A stretch of 63,253 nucleotides of DNA, counting the filler. It is 3 parts of 3 records of this genome, joined end to end, with 100 filler letters (N's around TTAATTAATTAA, not from the genome) between each part and the next. Parts side by side here need not be neighbours in the genome. Positions count along the whole stretch, not along the records: positions 23,440 to 53,784 come from SRR31156797_708; 2 more parts are not named here. One strand, written 5' to 3'. Both the position numbers and the translations under genes were made by a program. The notes below the pieces were generated by a model. The model saw only the letters and a list, made by a program, of their open reading frames with translations. It was not told the DNA's origin and searched no databases. The first letter of the stretch is position 1. Every line of letters starts with the position of its first letter. This document shows, one piece after another, positions 37,365 to 47,874 of the stretch.

Positions 37365-38657
37365 TCACTTATATGCCGCAAGACCTCTTTTATATGTGTC
37401 TATGGCTCTTATTCTCGCATTTGCATGATCAACCATAACTTGCGAATATGCAACTGTTCCATACTCCGGAACCCATTTCAATACATATTGTAAATCCTTA
37501 TCGAACTTCTGAAGCTGAGCTGTTGGGTTAAAAACTCTAAAATAAGGCGCGGCATCGCAACCTGTACCTGCTGCCCATTGCCAATTACCCACATTGGAAG
37601 AAAGTTCAAAATCCAATAACTTAGATGCAAAATATGCTTCTCCCCATCTCCAGTCAATTAATAAATGCTTGCATAAAAATGAAGCAACCACCATTCTTAC
37701 CCGATTATGCATATAACCTGTTGCATTTAACTGGCGCATTCCTGCATCAACCATTGGATACCCCGTCTGCCCATTACACCATCTTTCAAACTCGTCTTCC
37801 TTATTGATCCATTGGATATAATCATATTGTTTTTTGAAATTATTAGCAGCACTTTCCGGAAAGTGATATAAAATCTGCATAAAAAACTCTCGCCAGATTA
37901 ATTCCGATAGAAAAACCTCACTTCTATCTTTTACTTCATTAATTATTTGGCGAACACTAACTGTTCCAAACCTTAAATGAGGTCCTAAATCCGAACCTGA
38001 ATTCAATGATGGAAAATCTCTGGTTTCCTCATATGTCTCAATATGAGATAAGTCAAAAGGCAGTGCCTTATGTATTCCTTTCTCAAATCCAATATCAGCT
38101 AAAGTTGGCATTGGGAATAATTCTTTTAAATACGTGATCTGACCTTCATTTTCTTGAAATTCAATTTCCTGAAACTGCTTTAACCATTGATTTTTATAGG
38201 GTGTAAAAACCGTATATGGTGTACCATCCTTTTTTAAAACCTCATCTTTGGCAAAAATCACCTGATCCTTATAAGTCTTAAAATCAATATTGTGCCTGCT
38301 GAGCAATTCTTTCACCTCCTCATCTCTCCGGATCGCATATGGTTCGTAATCCTCATTGACATAAACTTCCTGAATATCAGACTCGCCAATTAGTTGCTTC
38401 CAAATCTCCAATACCTTACCATGCTTAATACTTAAGGAGCTTTCTTCTTTCCTTAAGGATTCATTGAGCTTTTGCAGTGTTTCATAAATAAAGGTTACAC
38501 GACTATCATTAGTTTCTAAATGACTTAGGATATCCTCATCAAAGATAAATAAGGGTAATATAGGGAATTGACTTTTTGAGGCCTTAATCAGGGCTGTATT
38601 GTCTTTTAACCTTAAGTCTCTTCTAAACCAAACGATATTAATTTTTTCTTTCTGCAT
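37365..38657 (-). CDS. phrB: Deoxyribodipyrimidine photolyase
   Basis: WFRRDLRLKDN, ELIWREF, TGYPMVDAGMR, MHNRVRM, NWQW. Confidence 0.92.
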   Translation of the reverse strand: MQKEKINIVWFRRDLRLKDNTALIKASKSQFPILPLFIFDEDILSHLETNDSRVTFIYETLQKLNESLRKEESSLSIKHGKVLEIWKQLIGESDIQEVYVNEDYEPYAIRRDEEVKELLSRHNIDFKTYKDQVIFAKDEVLKKDGTPYTVFTPYKNQWLKQFQEIEFQENEGQITYLKELFPMPTLADIGFEKGIHKALPFDLSHIETYEETRDFPSLNSGSDLGPHLRFGTVSVRQIINEVKDRSEVFLSELIWREFFMQILYHFPESAANNFKKQYDYIQWINKEDEFERWCNGQTGYPMVDAGMRQLNATGYMHNRVRMVVASFLCKHLLIDWRWGEAYFASKLLDFELSSNVGNWQWAAGTGCDAAPYFRVFNPTAQLQKFDKDLQYVLKWVPEYGTVAYSQVMVDHANARIRAIDTYKRGLAAYK

Positions 38658-38842
38658 AAAAACTACATGTATTAGCAATACGTAAAACTATTCAAAATCC
38701 ATCCAAATATTCAACAACAGCTTTATGCATTCAGTTTAAACTGCAATAATTAAAATTTGTACGACATTTTAAATATGAATTTTTTAAAAAGAAATCGTAC
38801 CTTATTCAAAACAGATCATTCTTATCACAAACAGGAAATTCT

Positions 38843-39679
38843 ATGGCTAAGTTTTTAATTCCCGTCAATTTTGCCCCTTATACCATAAATGCGGTAGATT
38901 ATTGTGTGGCATTAGCAAATCATATTGGAGGAGAGATCTCCTTACTATTTTGCTATACACATATGTTAAGCGATGATCAAAGCAGCGAAGACGAACCTGT
39001 CATTCTTTCTGAAATTGACGCTATGAATGCCCTAAAACAATTAGAAAGCCATATTTTTGAACATAACCATAGCAATAAAACGATCATGGTTAAAAAACAT
39101 CTTCTGGAAGGATACCCTGAAGATATTATTCCTAAATTTTGTAAAGGATACGATCCTAATTTGGTGGTAATGGGTACCAAGAGTAAAGGAGAAACGATCA
39201 AAGAATTATTGGGAAGCGTAACCTTGGATGTTATTAAAAATGTTTCATGCCCGGTTATGGCAGTTCCTAATAATTATATCTTCAATTTAAAAGCAATTAC
39301 AAACATTCTGTTTGTTACTCATTTTTCAAAAAACGAATTTACCTCTCTTCATAAATTACAAGAGCTTATCAGTGCCTTCGACACCAAACTTTTTGCTGTG
39401 CAATATTGCGCTAATGGCAAAGAAAAAGAAGATCCTGAATCGCTTAAGCAATACTTAAGCTATGTACAAAATACCTATCGTAATCAGGATGTTAGATGTG
39501 AATTTATTGAGAATAAAGAGATATTGGAGGCCATAAATGCTTATATTACCCTACACAATATTGATCTACTGGCTATTACAAGACGAAAAAGAAATTTAAT
39601 TTCACAATTATTACACCCCAGTGTTACAAAAAAGATTCTTTTTAATACGGAAATTCCTATGCTATTCTTTCATCAATAG
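38843..39679 (+). CDS. Universal stress protein (tandem USP)
   Basis: LVVMGTK, LGSVT..VI....CPVMAVP. Confidence 0.85.
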   Translation: MAKFLIPVNFAPYTINAVDYCVALANHIGGEISLLFCYTHMLSDDQSSEDEPVILSEIDAMNALKQLESHIFEHNHSNKTIMVKKHLLEGYPEDIIPKFCKGYDPNLVVMGTKSKGETIKELLGSVTLDVIKNVSCPVMAVPNNYIFNLKAITNILFVTHFSKNEFTSLHKLQELISAFDTKLFAVQYCANGKEKEDPESLKQYLSYVQNTYRNQDVRCEFIENKEILEAINAYITLHNIDLLAITRRKRNLISQLLHPSVTKKILFNTEIPMLFFHQ

Positions 39680-39921
39680 ACGTATTTCTTTATAATAAAG
39701 GATTTTTCAATTAAATTTACGCTTCATTTATATTTGAAAAATACATCTTTAACGGCATTAAATACCAGTTTAGTAGAATACTACTTCAAAACAGACCCGA
39801 ATTATTTGTACTTTTTCGTTTTAAACGATACAGACATTTGATAAAAAGTAAAATTTGTCCTTACTAACAGATGACCTATATTCTGTATCGATAAATACTG
39901 TTGATTTTAAAATTTTAGCAT

Positions 39922-40941
39922 ATGAAGATTGGGATTTTATCAGCCGGAGGTGATTGTCCGGGAATTAATGCTGCTATCCGAGGAGTCGGAAAAACTGCCA
40001 TGGTTCAGTTTGGAATGGAAGTAGTTGGTATTTCAAATGGTTTTAGTGGTTTAATTGACATGAATGTAGAACCTCTTACTGAGGATAAGTTATCTGGTAT
40101 TTTGACCTTAGGAGGAACCATTTTAGGAACATCGCGAATGAAACCTTTTAAGCCACAGGAAGGTGATACCGTAGAAGACAAACCGCAGGTAATTAAAGAA
40201 AACTATCACAAGTTAGGTTTAGATGCTTTGGTTTGTATTGGAGGAAACGGTACACAAAAAACGGCCAATCTGTTATCAAAAGAAGGATTAAATGTTGTTG
40301 GTCTTCCTAAAACCATTGATAATGACGTATGGGGAACTGATGTTACTTTTGGGTTTGATTCTGCAGTCAACATCGCTACCGATGCTATCGACCGCCTTCA
40401 TACAACTGCTAACTCTCACAAACGTGTAATGGTAATTGAAGTGATGGGACATAATGCCGGATGGATTGCATTGCATTCCGGAGTAGCTGCAGGTGGTGAT
40501 ATTATTTTATTACCCGAGATAGAATACGACATGGATATTGTGGCCAACACATTAATGACTCGTTCTGAAAAAGGAAAACCATATTCAATTGTTGTGGTTG
40601 GTGAGGGTATTAAAGTTCCTGGAAAAAAGAGCGCTGCACGATATATTTCAAAACAAATTCAGGAGCGTACAAATTTAGAAACCCGCGAAACCATTTTAGG
40701 ATACGTACAGCGTGGAGGTACACCATCTCCAGCCGATAGAGTTCTAGCCACACGGTATGGAGCTTATGCTGCTCAATTAATTCACGAGAAAAAGTTTGGT
40801 ACAATGGTATGTATCAACCAAAACGAAATAACCTCTGTGCCATTAGAAGAAGTAGGAGGTAAAACAAAATTAATCGATCCAGACGATCGTTTGGTTTCTA
40901 AAGCCCGAAACATGGGTGTTTGCTTTGGTGACAAAATTTAA
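39922..40941 (+). CDS. pfkA: 6-phosphofructokinase
   Basis: GGDCPG, GGTILGTSR, GGNG, PKTIDND, EVMG. Confidence 0.92.
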   Translation: MKIGILSAGGDCPGINAAIRGVGKTAMVQFGMEVVGISNGFSGLIDMNVEPLTEDKLSGILTLGGTILGTSRMKPFKPQEGDTVEDKPQVIKENYHKLGLDALVCIGGNGTQKTANLLSKEGLNVVGLPKTIDNDVWGTDVTFGFDSAVNIATDAIDRLHTTANSHKRVMVIEVMGHNAGWIALHSGVAAGGDIILLPEIEYDMDIVANTLMTRSEKGKPYSIVVVGEGIKVPGKKSAARYISKQIQERTNLETRETILGYVQRGGTPSPADRVLATRYGAYAAQLIHEKKFGTMVCINQNEITSVPLEEVGGKTKLIDPDDRLVSKARNMGVCFGDKI

Positions 40942-40989
40942 TGATATCTTTGTTAAACTTAAGTTAAAAACGATATCATAAAAACTTAT

Positions 40990-41036
40990 TGCGGTTGATA
41001 GATGTTATTTTTGAAACATCTGTCAACCGCATTTTT
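40990..41036 (+). terminator. Terminator after pfkA
   Basis: TGCGGTTGATAGATGTT...AACATCTGTCAACCGCA plus T run. Confidence 0.7.
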
Positions 41037-41053
41037 AAGCTATACATATTATA

Positions 41054-41758
41054 ATGAAGAAAGAAGAGATTGCTGCACTGAATAAGCAGTTTGAAAACAC
41101 TGACCCTATTGACGTAATTCGATTTTTTGTTGAAAAATATAAAGATAAAATTGCTTTGGCTTCGAGCCTTGGAGCAGAAGATCAGGTGCTAACTCAAATG
41201 ATGGTTAGTGTAGCAGATCAACCTCATATTTTCACCCTGGATACCGGAAGACTTTTTCCTGAAACTTACGACCTTATCGATCGTACATGCAAAAAGTACA
41301 AAACAAAGATGAAGGTTTACTCCCCAAAATCCGAAGCGGTTCAGAAAATGGTAGAAGAAAAGGGAATGAACCTTTTTTACGATAGTATTGGAAACAGAAA
41401 AGAATGTTGTAATACTCGTAAACTAGAGCCTTTAAAAAGAGCTTTTGCAGGATTAGATGCCTGGGTTTGTGGCTTAAGAGCTGAACAATCAGTAACCCGA
41501 ACCAGTATTCAAGTGATAGAATGGGATGAAAACAACGATATTTTAAAAATAAATCCCCTGGCACACTGGAGCGAAAAAGAAGTGTGGGATTACATAAAAG
41601 ATAACGGTATTCCTTATAACCCACTTCACGACAAAAATTACCCAAGTATTGGCTGCCAGCCTTGTACACGAGCCATTTTACAGGGTGAAGACATAAGAGC
41701 AGGACGTTGGTACTGGGAAAATCCGGATACCAAAGAATGCGGATTGCATAAAAAGTAA
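41054..41758 (+). CDS. cysH: Adenylylsulfate/phosphoadenylylsulfate reductase (4Fe-4S type)
   Basis: LDTG, ECC, SIGCQPCT, RAGRW, ECGLH. Confidence 0.92.
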   Translation: MKKEEIAALNKQFENTDPIDVIRFFVEKYKDKIALASSLGAEDQVLTQMMVSVADQPHIFTLDTGRLFPETYDLIDRTCKKYKTKMKVYSPKSEAVQKMVEEKGMNLFYDSIGNRKECCNTRKLEPLKRAFAGLDAWVCGLRAEQSVTRTSIQVIEWDENNDILKINPLAHWSEKEVWDYIKDNGIPYNPLHDKNYPSIGCQPCTRAILQGEDIRAGRWYWENPDTKECGLHKK

Positions 41759-41787
41759 GACGATAGGTTTAAAACTATACAATAAAT

Positions 41788-43497
41788 ATGAGACTATTCA
41801 ATAAAAAGAACCGATTGAAATGGATAAGCGGAACACTGTTGGTTGTAGTGCTTTCTGTTGGTTTAGTTGGTTTTAATAATGATGACAACCGTAATTTTGC
41901 CATCGTTAAAAATTTGGACATTTTTTATACGCTGTTCAGAGAATTAAACAGTTACTATGTTGACGATACCGATCCTGAGAAATTAATTAAAACGGGAATT
42001 GACGAGATGTTGGAATCTCTGGATCCATATACAACCTATATTCCAGAGGATGATATGGAAGATTTCAAATTCATGACAACCGGTGAGTATGGAGGAATGG
42101 GTTCGTTAATTTCTAAAATTGGTGAATATGTGGTCATTGCTGAACCTTACGAAGGTTTTCCTGCGCAAAAAGCGGGATTAAAAGCTGGTGATAAAATTCT
42201 AAAAATTGATGGAAAAAATGTAGTTGGAAAACCAACTTCTGCTGTAAGCGATTTATTAAAAGGAACGCCAAATACTCCGTTAAAACTTATGGTTGAACGT
42301 CCTGGTGAAGATAAGCCTTTGGATATTGAAATTATCCGTCAGAAAATATCCATTAACCCCGTTCCTTACTACGGAATGGTATCAGATAAAACCGGAATCA
42401 TCATCTTAAATAATTTTACGCAAAATTGCTCCAAAGAAGTCTCTAAGGCTTTAGTTGATTTAAAAGAAAATCAAGGTGCTGAAAGTATAATTCTTGATCT
42501 GAGAGGAAACCCTGGAGGTTTGTTAGACGACGCTGTTAAAATCGTTAACCTATTTGTTAAAAAAGGTAGCGAAGTAGTTTCAACCAAAGGTAAGGTAAGC
42601 CAATGGGACAAAGTGTACAGAGCTACTTCAGAACCGATTGATACGGTAATTCCTGTGGCCGTTTTAATTAGTCGTGGTTCGGCTTCGGCTTCTGAAATTG
42701 TTGCCGGCAGTTTGCAGGATATGGACAGAGCCGTTTTAATTGGTCAACGTTCATTCGGAAAAGGTTTGGTGCAAACAACCCGTCCATTATCATATAACTC
42801 CAAATTAAAAGTAACTACTGCCAAGTATTATATTCCTAGTGGAAGATGTATTCAGGCAGTGGATTATAGCCACAGAAACGATGATGGAAGTGTTGGCTTA
42901 GTGCCGGATTCCTTAATTACTGAATTTAAAACTTTTGGCGGGCGTTCTGTATTCGACGGAGGAGGTGTTTCTCCTGATGTTAAAGTTGACATCTCAAAAT
43001 ATGGGAATATCTCGTTTGCATTAGTTGCGCAATCCATGCTGTTTAACTATGCTACTGAATTTGCTGTTAAATACGAAGAAATTGATGAGCCAACTTCATT
43101 TAAAGTGAGTGATGAAATATTTGAAGAATTCAAACAGTTTGTGGCTGCCAAAAAAGATTTTAAATATAAATCAGCCACTCAGGATGCTTTGAAAAAGCTG
43201 AAAGAAACTGCACAAAAAGAGGACTACTACAGCAAAGCTAAAGGGGAATTTGAAGCGCTTGAAAAATTACTTATGCTGGATGTACAGAAGGACTTAGATA
43301 TTTTTAAACCTGAAATTAGTGAGCTTTTAGGAAGCGAAATTGTTAAACGCTACTATTATCAAAAAGGAGCTATCCAATTCTCACTACAGGAAGATAAAGA
43401 GTTATCGAAAGCTATTGAGATATTAAACAACACGGCTGAATACAATGGAATATTAAATGGTACGGTATTAAGTCATGCCGGAGACCGAAGAAAATAA
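41788..43497 (+). CDS. S41 C-terminal processing peptidase
   Basis: PDZ domain, DLRGNPGG, SASASEI, SFGKG. Confidence 0.92.
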   Translation: MRLFNKKNRLKWISGTLLVVVLSVGLVGFNNDDNRNFAIVKNLDIFYTLFRELNSYYVDDTDPEKLIKTGIDEMLESLDPYTTYIPEDDMEDFKFMTTGEYGGMGSLISKIGEYVVIAEPYEGFPAQKAGLKAGDKILKIDGKNVVGKPTSAVSDLLKGTPNTPLKLMVERPGEDKPLDIEIIRQKISINPVPYYGMVSDKTGIIILNNFTQNCSKEVSKALVDLKENQGAESIILDLRGNPGGLLDDAVKIVNLFVKKGSEVVSTKGKVSQWDKVYRATSEPIDTVIPVAVLISRGSASASEIVAGSLQDMDRAVLIGQRSFGKGLVQTTRPLSYNSKLKVTTAKYYIPSGRCIQAVDYSHRNDDGSVGLVPDSLITEFKTFGGRSVFDGGGVSPDVKVDISKYGNISFALVAQSMLFNYATEFAVKYEEIDEPTSFKVSDEIFEEFKQFVAAKKDFKYKSATQDALKKLKETAQKEDYYSKAKGEFEALEKLLMLDVQKDLDIFKPEISELLGSEIVKRYYYQKGAIQFSLQEDKELSKAIEILNNTAEYNGILNGTVLSHAGDRRK

Positions 43498-43517
43498 CAA
43501 AATGAAATCTCAATCAT

Positions 43518-43553
43518 AAAAAGAGCTTCACTTTGGTGAGGCTCTTTTTTTTT
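43518..43553 (+). terminator. Terminator after the S41 peptidase gene
   Basis: AAAAAGAGCTTCAC-TTTG-GTGAGGCTCTTTTT. Confidence 0.75.
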
Positions 43554-43587
43554 ACTCGGGGTATGACTTAGAGTCATGCCACGAGTA
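43553..43587. repeat. REP-like palindrome 1
   Basis: TACTCGGGGTATGACT-TAG-AGTCATGCCACGAGTA. Confidence 0.8.
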
Positions 43588-43700
43588 GTTAGAAAGCAAT
43601 AGCTCTAGTAAAAATTATTTTGGTTGGCATACATCTTTATAGTTAAATTAGATAATGGTATTTTATTAGAACCCTTGTTGAATTTAAACAACCCAGACCT

Positions 43701-44342
43701 ATGCATTTCCAAAACGATCACCTGTATCATATTTACAATCAAGGCAACAACAAACAAAACATATTCTTCAACCACGATAACTATCTTTTCTTTTTAAAAA
43801 AGATAAAAACTTACATTACACCTTATGCCGATATATTGGCATGGTGCTTAATGCCAAATCATTTTCATTTGATGGTGAGAGTGAATAAATTAGAAGCTGA
43901 AATATTGTATAAGCCTATCTCTCCGGGCACGACTCCAAGTCGTACCCGGAGTAACGAAATGCGTGTTGATACCTTTCAAAAGTCAATAGGTACACTTTTA
44001 AGTTCCTACACAAGAGCCATCAACAAACAGCAAAACCGCAGCGGAAGCCTATTCCGAAAAGAAACAAAAGCAGAGTGTATTACTTACACAGATCATGTAA
44101 GTCCTTCTTTTATCAATACGGAAACAGGTACATTAATTTTATATGAAAACCCGGAAGAACAATATCCTCAAATTTGTTATAACTACATACTTAACAATCC
44201 TGTGAGAGCCGGACTGGTTTCTAAACCTACAGATTGGGCGTTTTCGTCGGCCAGAGATATAGCCGGATTAAGAAATGGCACTTTAATAAATAGAGACGTG
44301 ATTAATGAATATGGTTTGGCTCTTACAACACTCGGGGCATGA
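43701..44342 (+). CDS. REP-associated tyrosine transposase (RAYT, Y1 HUH)
   Basis: YHIYNQG, CLMPNHFH (HUH), YILNNPVRAGL, WAFSS. Confidence 0.88.
   Translation: MHFQNDHLYHIYNQGNNKQNIFFNHDNYLFFLKKIKTYITPYADILAWCLMPNHFHLMVRVNKLEAEILYKPISPGTTPSRTRSNEMRVDTFQKSIGTLLSSYTRAINKQQNRSGSLFRKETKAECITYTDHVSPSFINTETGTLILYENPEEQYPQICYNYILNNPVRAGLVSKPTDWAFSSARDIAGLRNGTLINRDVINEYGLALTTLGA
43921..43953. repeat. REP-like palindrome 2, inside the RAYT reading frame
   Basis: CTCCGGGCACGACT-CCA-AGTCGTACCCGGAGTA. Confidence 0.75.
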
Positions 44343-44363
44343 CTTAAAGTCATACCCCGAGTA
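44330..44363. repeat. REP-like palindrome 3, overlapping the RAYT stop codon
   Basis: ACTCGGGGCATGACT-TAA-AGTCATACCCCGAGTA. Confidence 0.8.
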
Positions 44364-44399
44364 AATTCATTAGTTACCTTACTCTTATTGAAGCTTTTT

Positions 44400-45113
44400 T
44401 TATTTTTCAGCTAAATCCCTGATTACCTTACTCGCAACAAAGCAGCCAAAAATAGCTGGCAAGTAAGAGATTGTTCCTACGGTTGTTTTTTTATTTCTTT
44501 CGCCTTCGGTTTTAATCACACACTCTTTAGACACTTCTTCCGATGAAAAAACAACAGGTACTCCCTTTCTGATACCATCTTTGTACAACCTTTTGCGGAC
44601 CATTCTGGCCAAATTACAATACTTTGATTTGGAAATATCAGCTAATTGTACCCTGGACGGATCTAGTTTACCTCCTGCTCCCATAGACGAAATAATGGGT
44701 AAATTCAAAAGTACCGATTCTCGTATTAAAGCAACTTTTGGTGCCAAAGTATCAATCGCATCTACCACATAATCAAAACCCGATTGCAACAAATCTTTAA
44801 AAGCAGATTCATCCATAAAATCTGCAATGGTATTCAGTTGAATATCCGGGTTTATATCCAGTAATCGCTGCTCCATCACCTTTGCCTTTAACTCTCCATT
44901 GGTACTGCATAAAGCAGGTAATTGCCTGTTTCTATTACTCGGATTAACGGTATCACCATCAATAATGGTCATTTTTCCAATACCGACACGTGCAATCATT
45001 TCGGCCGCATAGGCTCCTACTCCACCTAATCCTACAACCAACACATGTTTTTCAGAAAGTTCTTTTAATGTTTCTTCACCAAACAAAAGTTGGGTTCTTT
45101 CTAACCAATCCAT
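44400..45113 (-). CDS. tcdA: tRNA threonylcarbamoyladenosine dehydratase (ThiF family)
   Basis: GLGGVG, SNRNRQ, DAID, SSMGAG, VVFSSE. Confidence 0.88.
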   Translation of the reverse strand: MDWLERTQLLFGEETLKELSEKHVLVVGLGGVGAYAAEMIARVGIGKMTIIDGDTVNPSNRNRQLPALCSTNGELKAKVMEQRLLDINPDIQLNTIADFMDESAFKDLLQSGFDYVVDAIDTLAPKVALIRESVLLNLPIISSMGAGGKLDPSRVQLADISKSKYCNLARMVRKRLYKDGIRKGVPVVFSSEEVSKECVIKTEGERNKKTTVGTISYLPAIFGCFVASKVIRDLAEK

Positions 45114-45745
45114 CTTTTAAAATTATTTTCAATTCTTTTTTCCAACAAACCCACAGGCATATTTAAAAGTTTAGCTGCCTGCTGATAAATTTCAATAATT
45201 GAAATGTTTTTGTCATCGGTTTCAAACAAAACAAAATCCAAATCTACCTGGTTTAAAATAGTTTGAAATTTATCTGGATGTACCATAATGGCCGCCCCAA
45301 AAGAAATAAAAATATTTTGACTGGAAAATTGAAGAGCCAATTCTTTGGAACCCTGAAAGCCATGAACCAACCATGGCATAATTGCAGTAAGTTTATTTCG
45401 CATTTCAAGGATGAAATGATGTGTTTTTACGGAGTGGATAACTATTGGGAGCTTATGTTTTTCAGAAAGCTCAATATGGCGCTTAAAAACGTTTTTTTGT
45501 ATTTCTATGTTATCCATATTTTTATCCAGACCACACTCTCCTACAACTGCAATTTTTTGATTTTGACATAAAGCCTCCAGTTGTATCAACGCTTCATCGA
45601 TATGAATTTCTTTTAAAAACCACGGATGCAAACCTGCCGATAACAGGTCATTTTCTCTTACCTCAGGTATTGATTGATATGGATAAAAGTTAATAACCGA
45701 AATATCAGCTGATGAAGGTTGATGTGTATGCGCATTTATAATCAT
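45101..45745 (-). CDS. TatD family hydrolase
   Basis: HTH, GLHPW, GECGLD, HGF, FETD. Confidence 0.88.
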   Translation of the reverse strand: MIINAHTHQPSSADISVINFYPYQSIPEVRENDLLSAGLHPWFLKEIHIDEALIQLEALCQNQKIAVVGECGLDKNMDNIEIQKNVFKRHIELSEKHKLPIVIHSVKTHHFILEMRNKLTAIMPWLVHGFQGSKELALQFSSQNIFISFGAAIMVHPDKFQTILNQVDLDFVLFETDDKNISIIEIYQQAAKLLNMPVGLLEKRIENNFKRWIG

Positions 45746-45795
45746 AAATACAAAATAAAAGGTTCTGATGAAAAAACCACCAGAACCTATATTTT

Positions 45796-47472
45796 TTAAT
45801 CCATATCTAAATTTTTGCTTACCAATTTTATAGGATACCTCGCATTATATACCTTTCGTTCTGCTAACGGAAGAGAATCATAGTCTTTATGATCCTTTTT
45901 AGCATCTTCTCTCCTAAAATTTCTAATAGTATTAAAAACAACATCTACTATAGCAATATAATCTTCGAAGGAGGTTAAGTTGCTGTATTTATAAATTGGA
46001 ACTAATCCAGGATGTTGACTAGTGAATTCCTTAAGTTTTTGAGCTTCTATTTCTAAATCAAGATTTTTAGTTTGTCTTATTTGAAATAGATCAACAATAA
46101 GGCTCTCATCAATCATTCCCATATCCTTAGGAGGAATTAGCATAAACAAAGCTTCACTTTCATCCGACGAACTTTGAGTGACAAAACCAATTTTCAGTAA
46201 ATCATGCTGTCTCAAAGTATAACGGATGATGTCCACTTTTTCCATGGGCGTATTTTTATCTATTTCTAGTAAAACACTCATTTTACACACATCTTTATTG
46301 TTCTCAGAAACTTTTATCGAACTAATAAGTTCATCAAGTTGAGCAAAATCATGCTCAACTCCATTATAAAAAAATCCATCTTGAGTCAAACCTAAAGTAC
46401 ACAATATAAAATCATTATCGTATGATGTTACTTCTTTGGCTGTAGGCAAGTCTACCTGAACGGATTTTAAACTTACTGTTGATGCAGCGTTCTCACTTAA
46501 TACATCTTCACCTGACTGATTTAAGGACGCTTCGGTGCAATTAGCAAAAAATATGGCTGCAAATGCGATTATAGGAATGACTAATAAAGCTTTTAACTTC
46601 GCTAATCTTCCGGATTTTATTTTATTCATCATGGCTATTCGTTTTTTAATTGATAATAAATAAAAATTATTGACCAGCTCAACTGAGCGAATGCTGATTA
46701 ACTGACTCAGTAAAAGAGACTGATAATCGAATAAGGCATGTCCCTGTTCTAACACCTTTCTGTCGGCAATGTACTCATGACATGTTTTCATCGATTTCTG
46801 TATGCGCCATGTTAAAGGATTAAACCATTGCAGCAAACTAATTCCCTGCGCAATAAGTAAATCCCATGAATGCTTATGATCCACATGAACTTTTTCATGG
46901 GCCAATACCTGCTCAAATTCGTTGGGTTTAAGCATTTCCTTATTTAAGAACACCCATTTTAAAAATGAAAAAGACGGTACCTTCTCTTTCATTAAAACCA
47001 GGTTAATTCCATTAACCTGCACAATATGATTCTTGCGAATATGATTGCGCAAATAAAGAATAAGAATACCCAACCTCACCACAAAAAAGAGCAATCCTGT
47101 TATATATACGTAAAAAATAATGCTGGATAAATTCCATGAAGAATGATTTAAAACTCCCGTATCTTTAACTTTTATACCTGAGCCTAATTGCTCATAAGAC
47201 ACAGCATATTCAGGATCTGTGAGCCTGATCATATCTTCATAGTAATTTCTAAAGGAACTAATTTGCTGAATAGTCGGAGACAAACCTGTTGTTTCTACGG
47301 GGCTAAACTGCAAAGGAATTAATGGCAAAACCATAGATAAAACGATGCTTGCCAATAAATAAATCCGGTTAAAATTAAAGTAGGTTTCCTTTCGAAAGAA
47401 AACGATGTACCCTAAATAAAACAAGGATAAACATAAACCCGATTCAAGCAGATATATTAAAAAATCACTCAT
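45796..47472 (-). CDS. BlaR1/M56 family metallopeptidase with ExbD-like C-terminal region
   Basis: TM N-terminus, HEKVH, WFNP, HEYIAD, IKKRI; overlaps the blaI-like gene. Confidence 0.85.
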   Translation of the reverse strand: MSDFLIYLLESGLCLSLFYLGYIVFFRKETYFNFNRIYLLASIVLSMVLPLIPLQFSPVETTGLSPTIQQISSFRNYYEDMIRLTDPEYAVSYEQLGSGIKVKDTGVLNHSSWNLSSIIFYVYITGLLFFVVRLGILILYLRNHIRKNHIVQVNGINLVLMKEKVPSFSFLKWVFLNKEMLKPNEFEQVLAHEKVHVDHKHSWDLLIAQGISLLQWFNPLTWRIQKSMKTCHEYIADRKVLEQGHALFDYQSLLLSQLISIRSVELVNNFYLLSIKKRIAMMNKIKSGRLAKLKALLVIPIIAFAAIFFANCTEASLNQSGEDVLSENAASTVSLKSVQVDLPTAKEVTSYDNDFILCTLGLTQDGFFYNGVEHDFAQLDELISSIKVSENNKDVCKMSVLLEIDKNTPMEKVDIIRYTLRQHDLLKIGFVTQSSSDESEALFMLIPPKDMGMIDESLIVDLFQIRQTKNLDLEIEAQKLKEFTSQHPGLVPIYKYSNLTSFEDYIAIVDVVFNTIRNFRREDAKKDHKDYDSLPLAERKVYNARYPIKLVSKNLDMD

Positions 47473-47839
47473 TTTTCTTCCTTTTTAGTTCTTCCAGCAT
47501 TTCTATTGCTTCATTTACATCTTCTATTTTAAGGTTTTTCGTTTCGGAGAAGAAATTGACAACCTGTGAGATCGAATTATTAAAATATCCCTTTACCAAT
47601 TTACCCAACTGGCCTTTGCGATATTCTTCTTTGGAAATTAAAGGAAAATACTCGTATGTTCCCCCATACTTGTTAAAACCAACAATTTCTTTTTTAACCA
47701 ATACTCTTACAATGGTTGATACACTATTATAAGGAGGTTTAGGATCTGGATGCTTAGCTACAATATCTTTGATAAAACCTTTTTCCAACTCCCATAAATA
47801 TTGCATTATTTTTTCTTCTGCCTTTGTTAAAGTTATCAT
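47465..47839 (-). CDS. BlaI/MecI/CopY family repressor
   Basis: LTKAEEKIMQYLW, YNSVSTIVRVL, YFPLISKEEY. Confidence 0.92.
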   Translation of the reverse strand: MITLTKAEEKIMQYLWELEKGFIKDIVAKHPDPKPPYNSVSTIVRVLVKKEIVGFNKYGGTYEYFPLISKEEYRKGQLGKLVKGYFNNSISQVVNFFSETKNLKIEDVNEAIEMLEELKRKKNE

Positions 47840-47874
47840 CGTATTCTAAGTTAGTTAATCAGCAATTCAAACCT

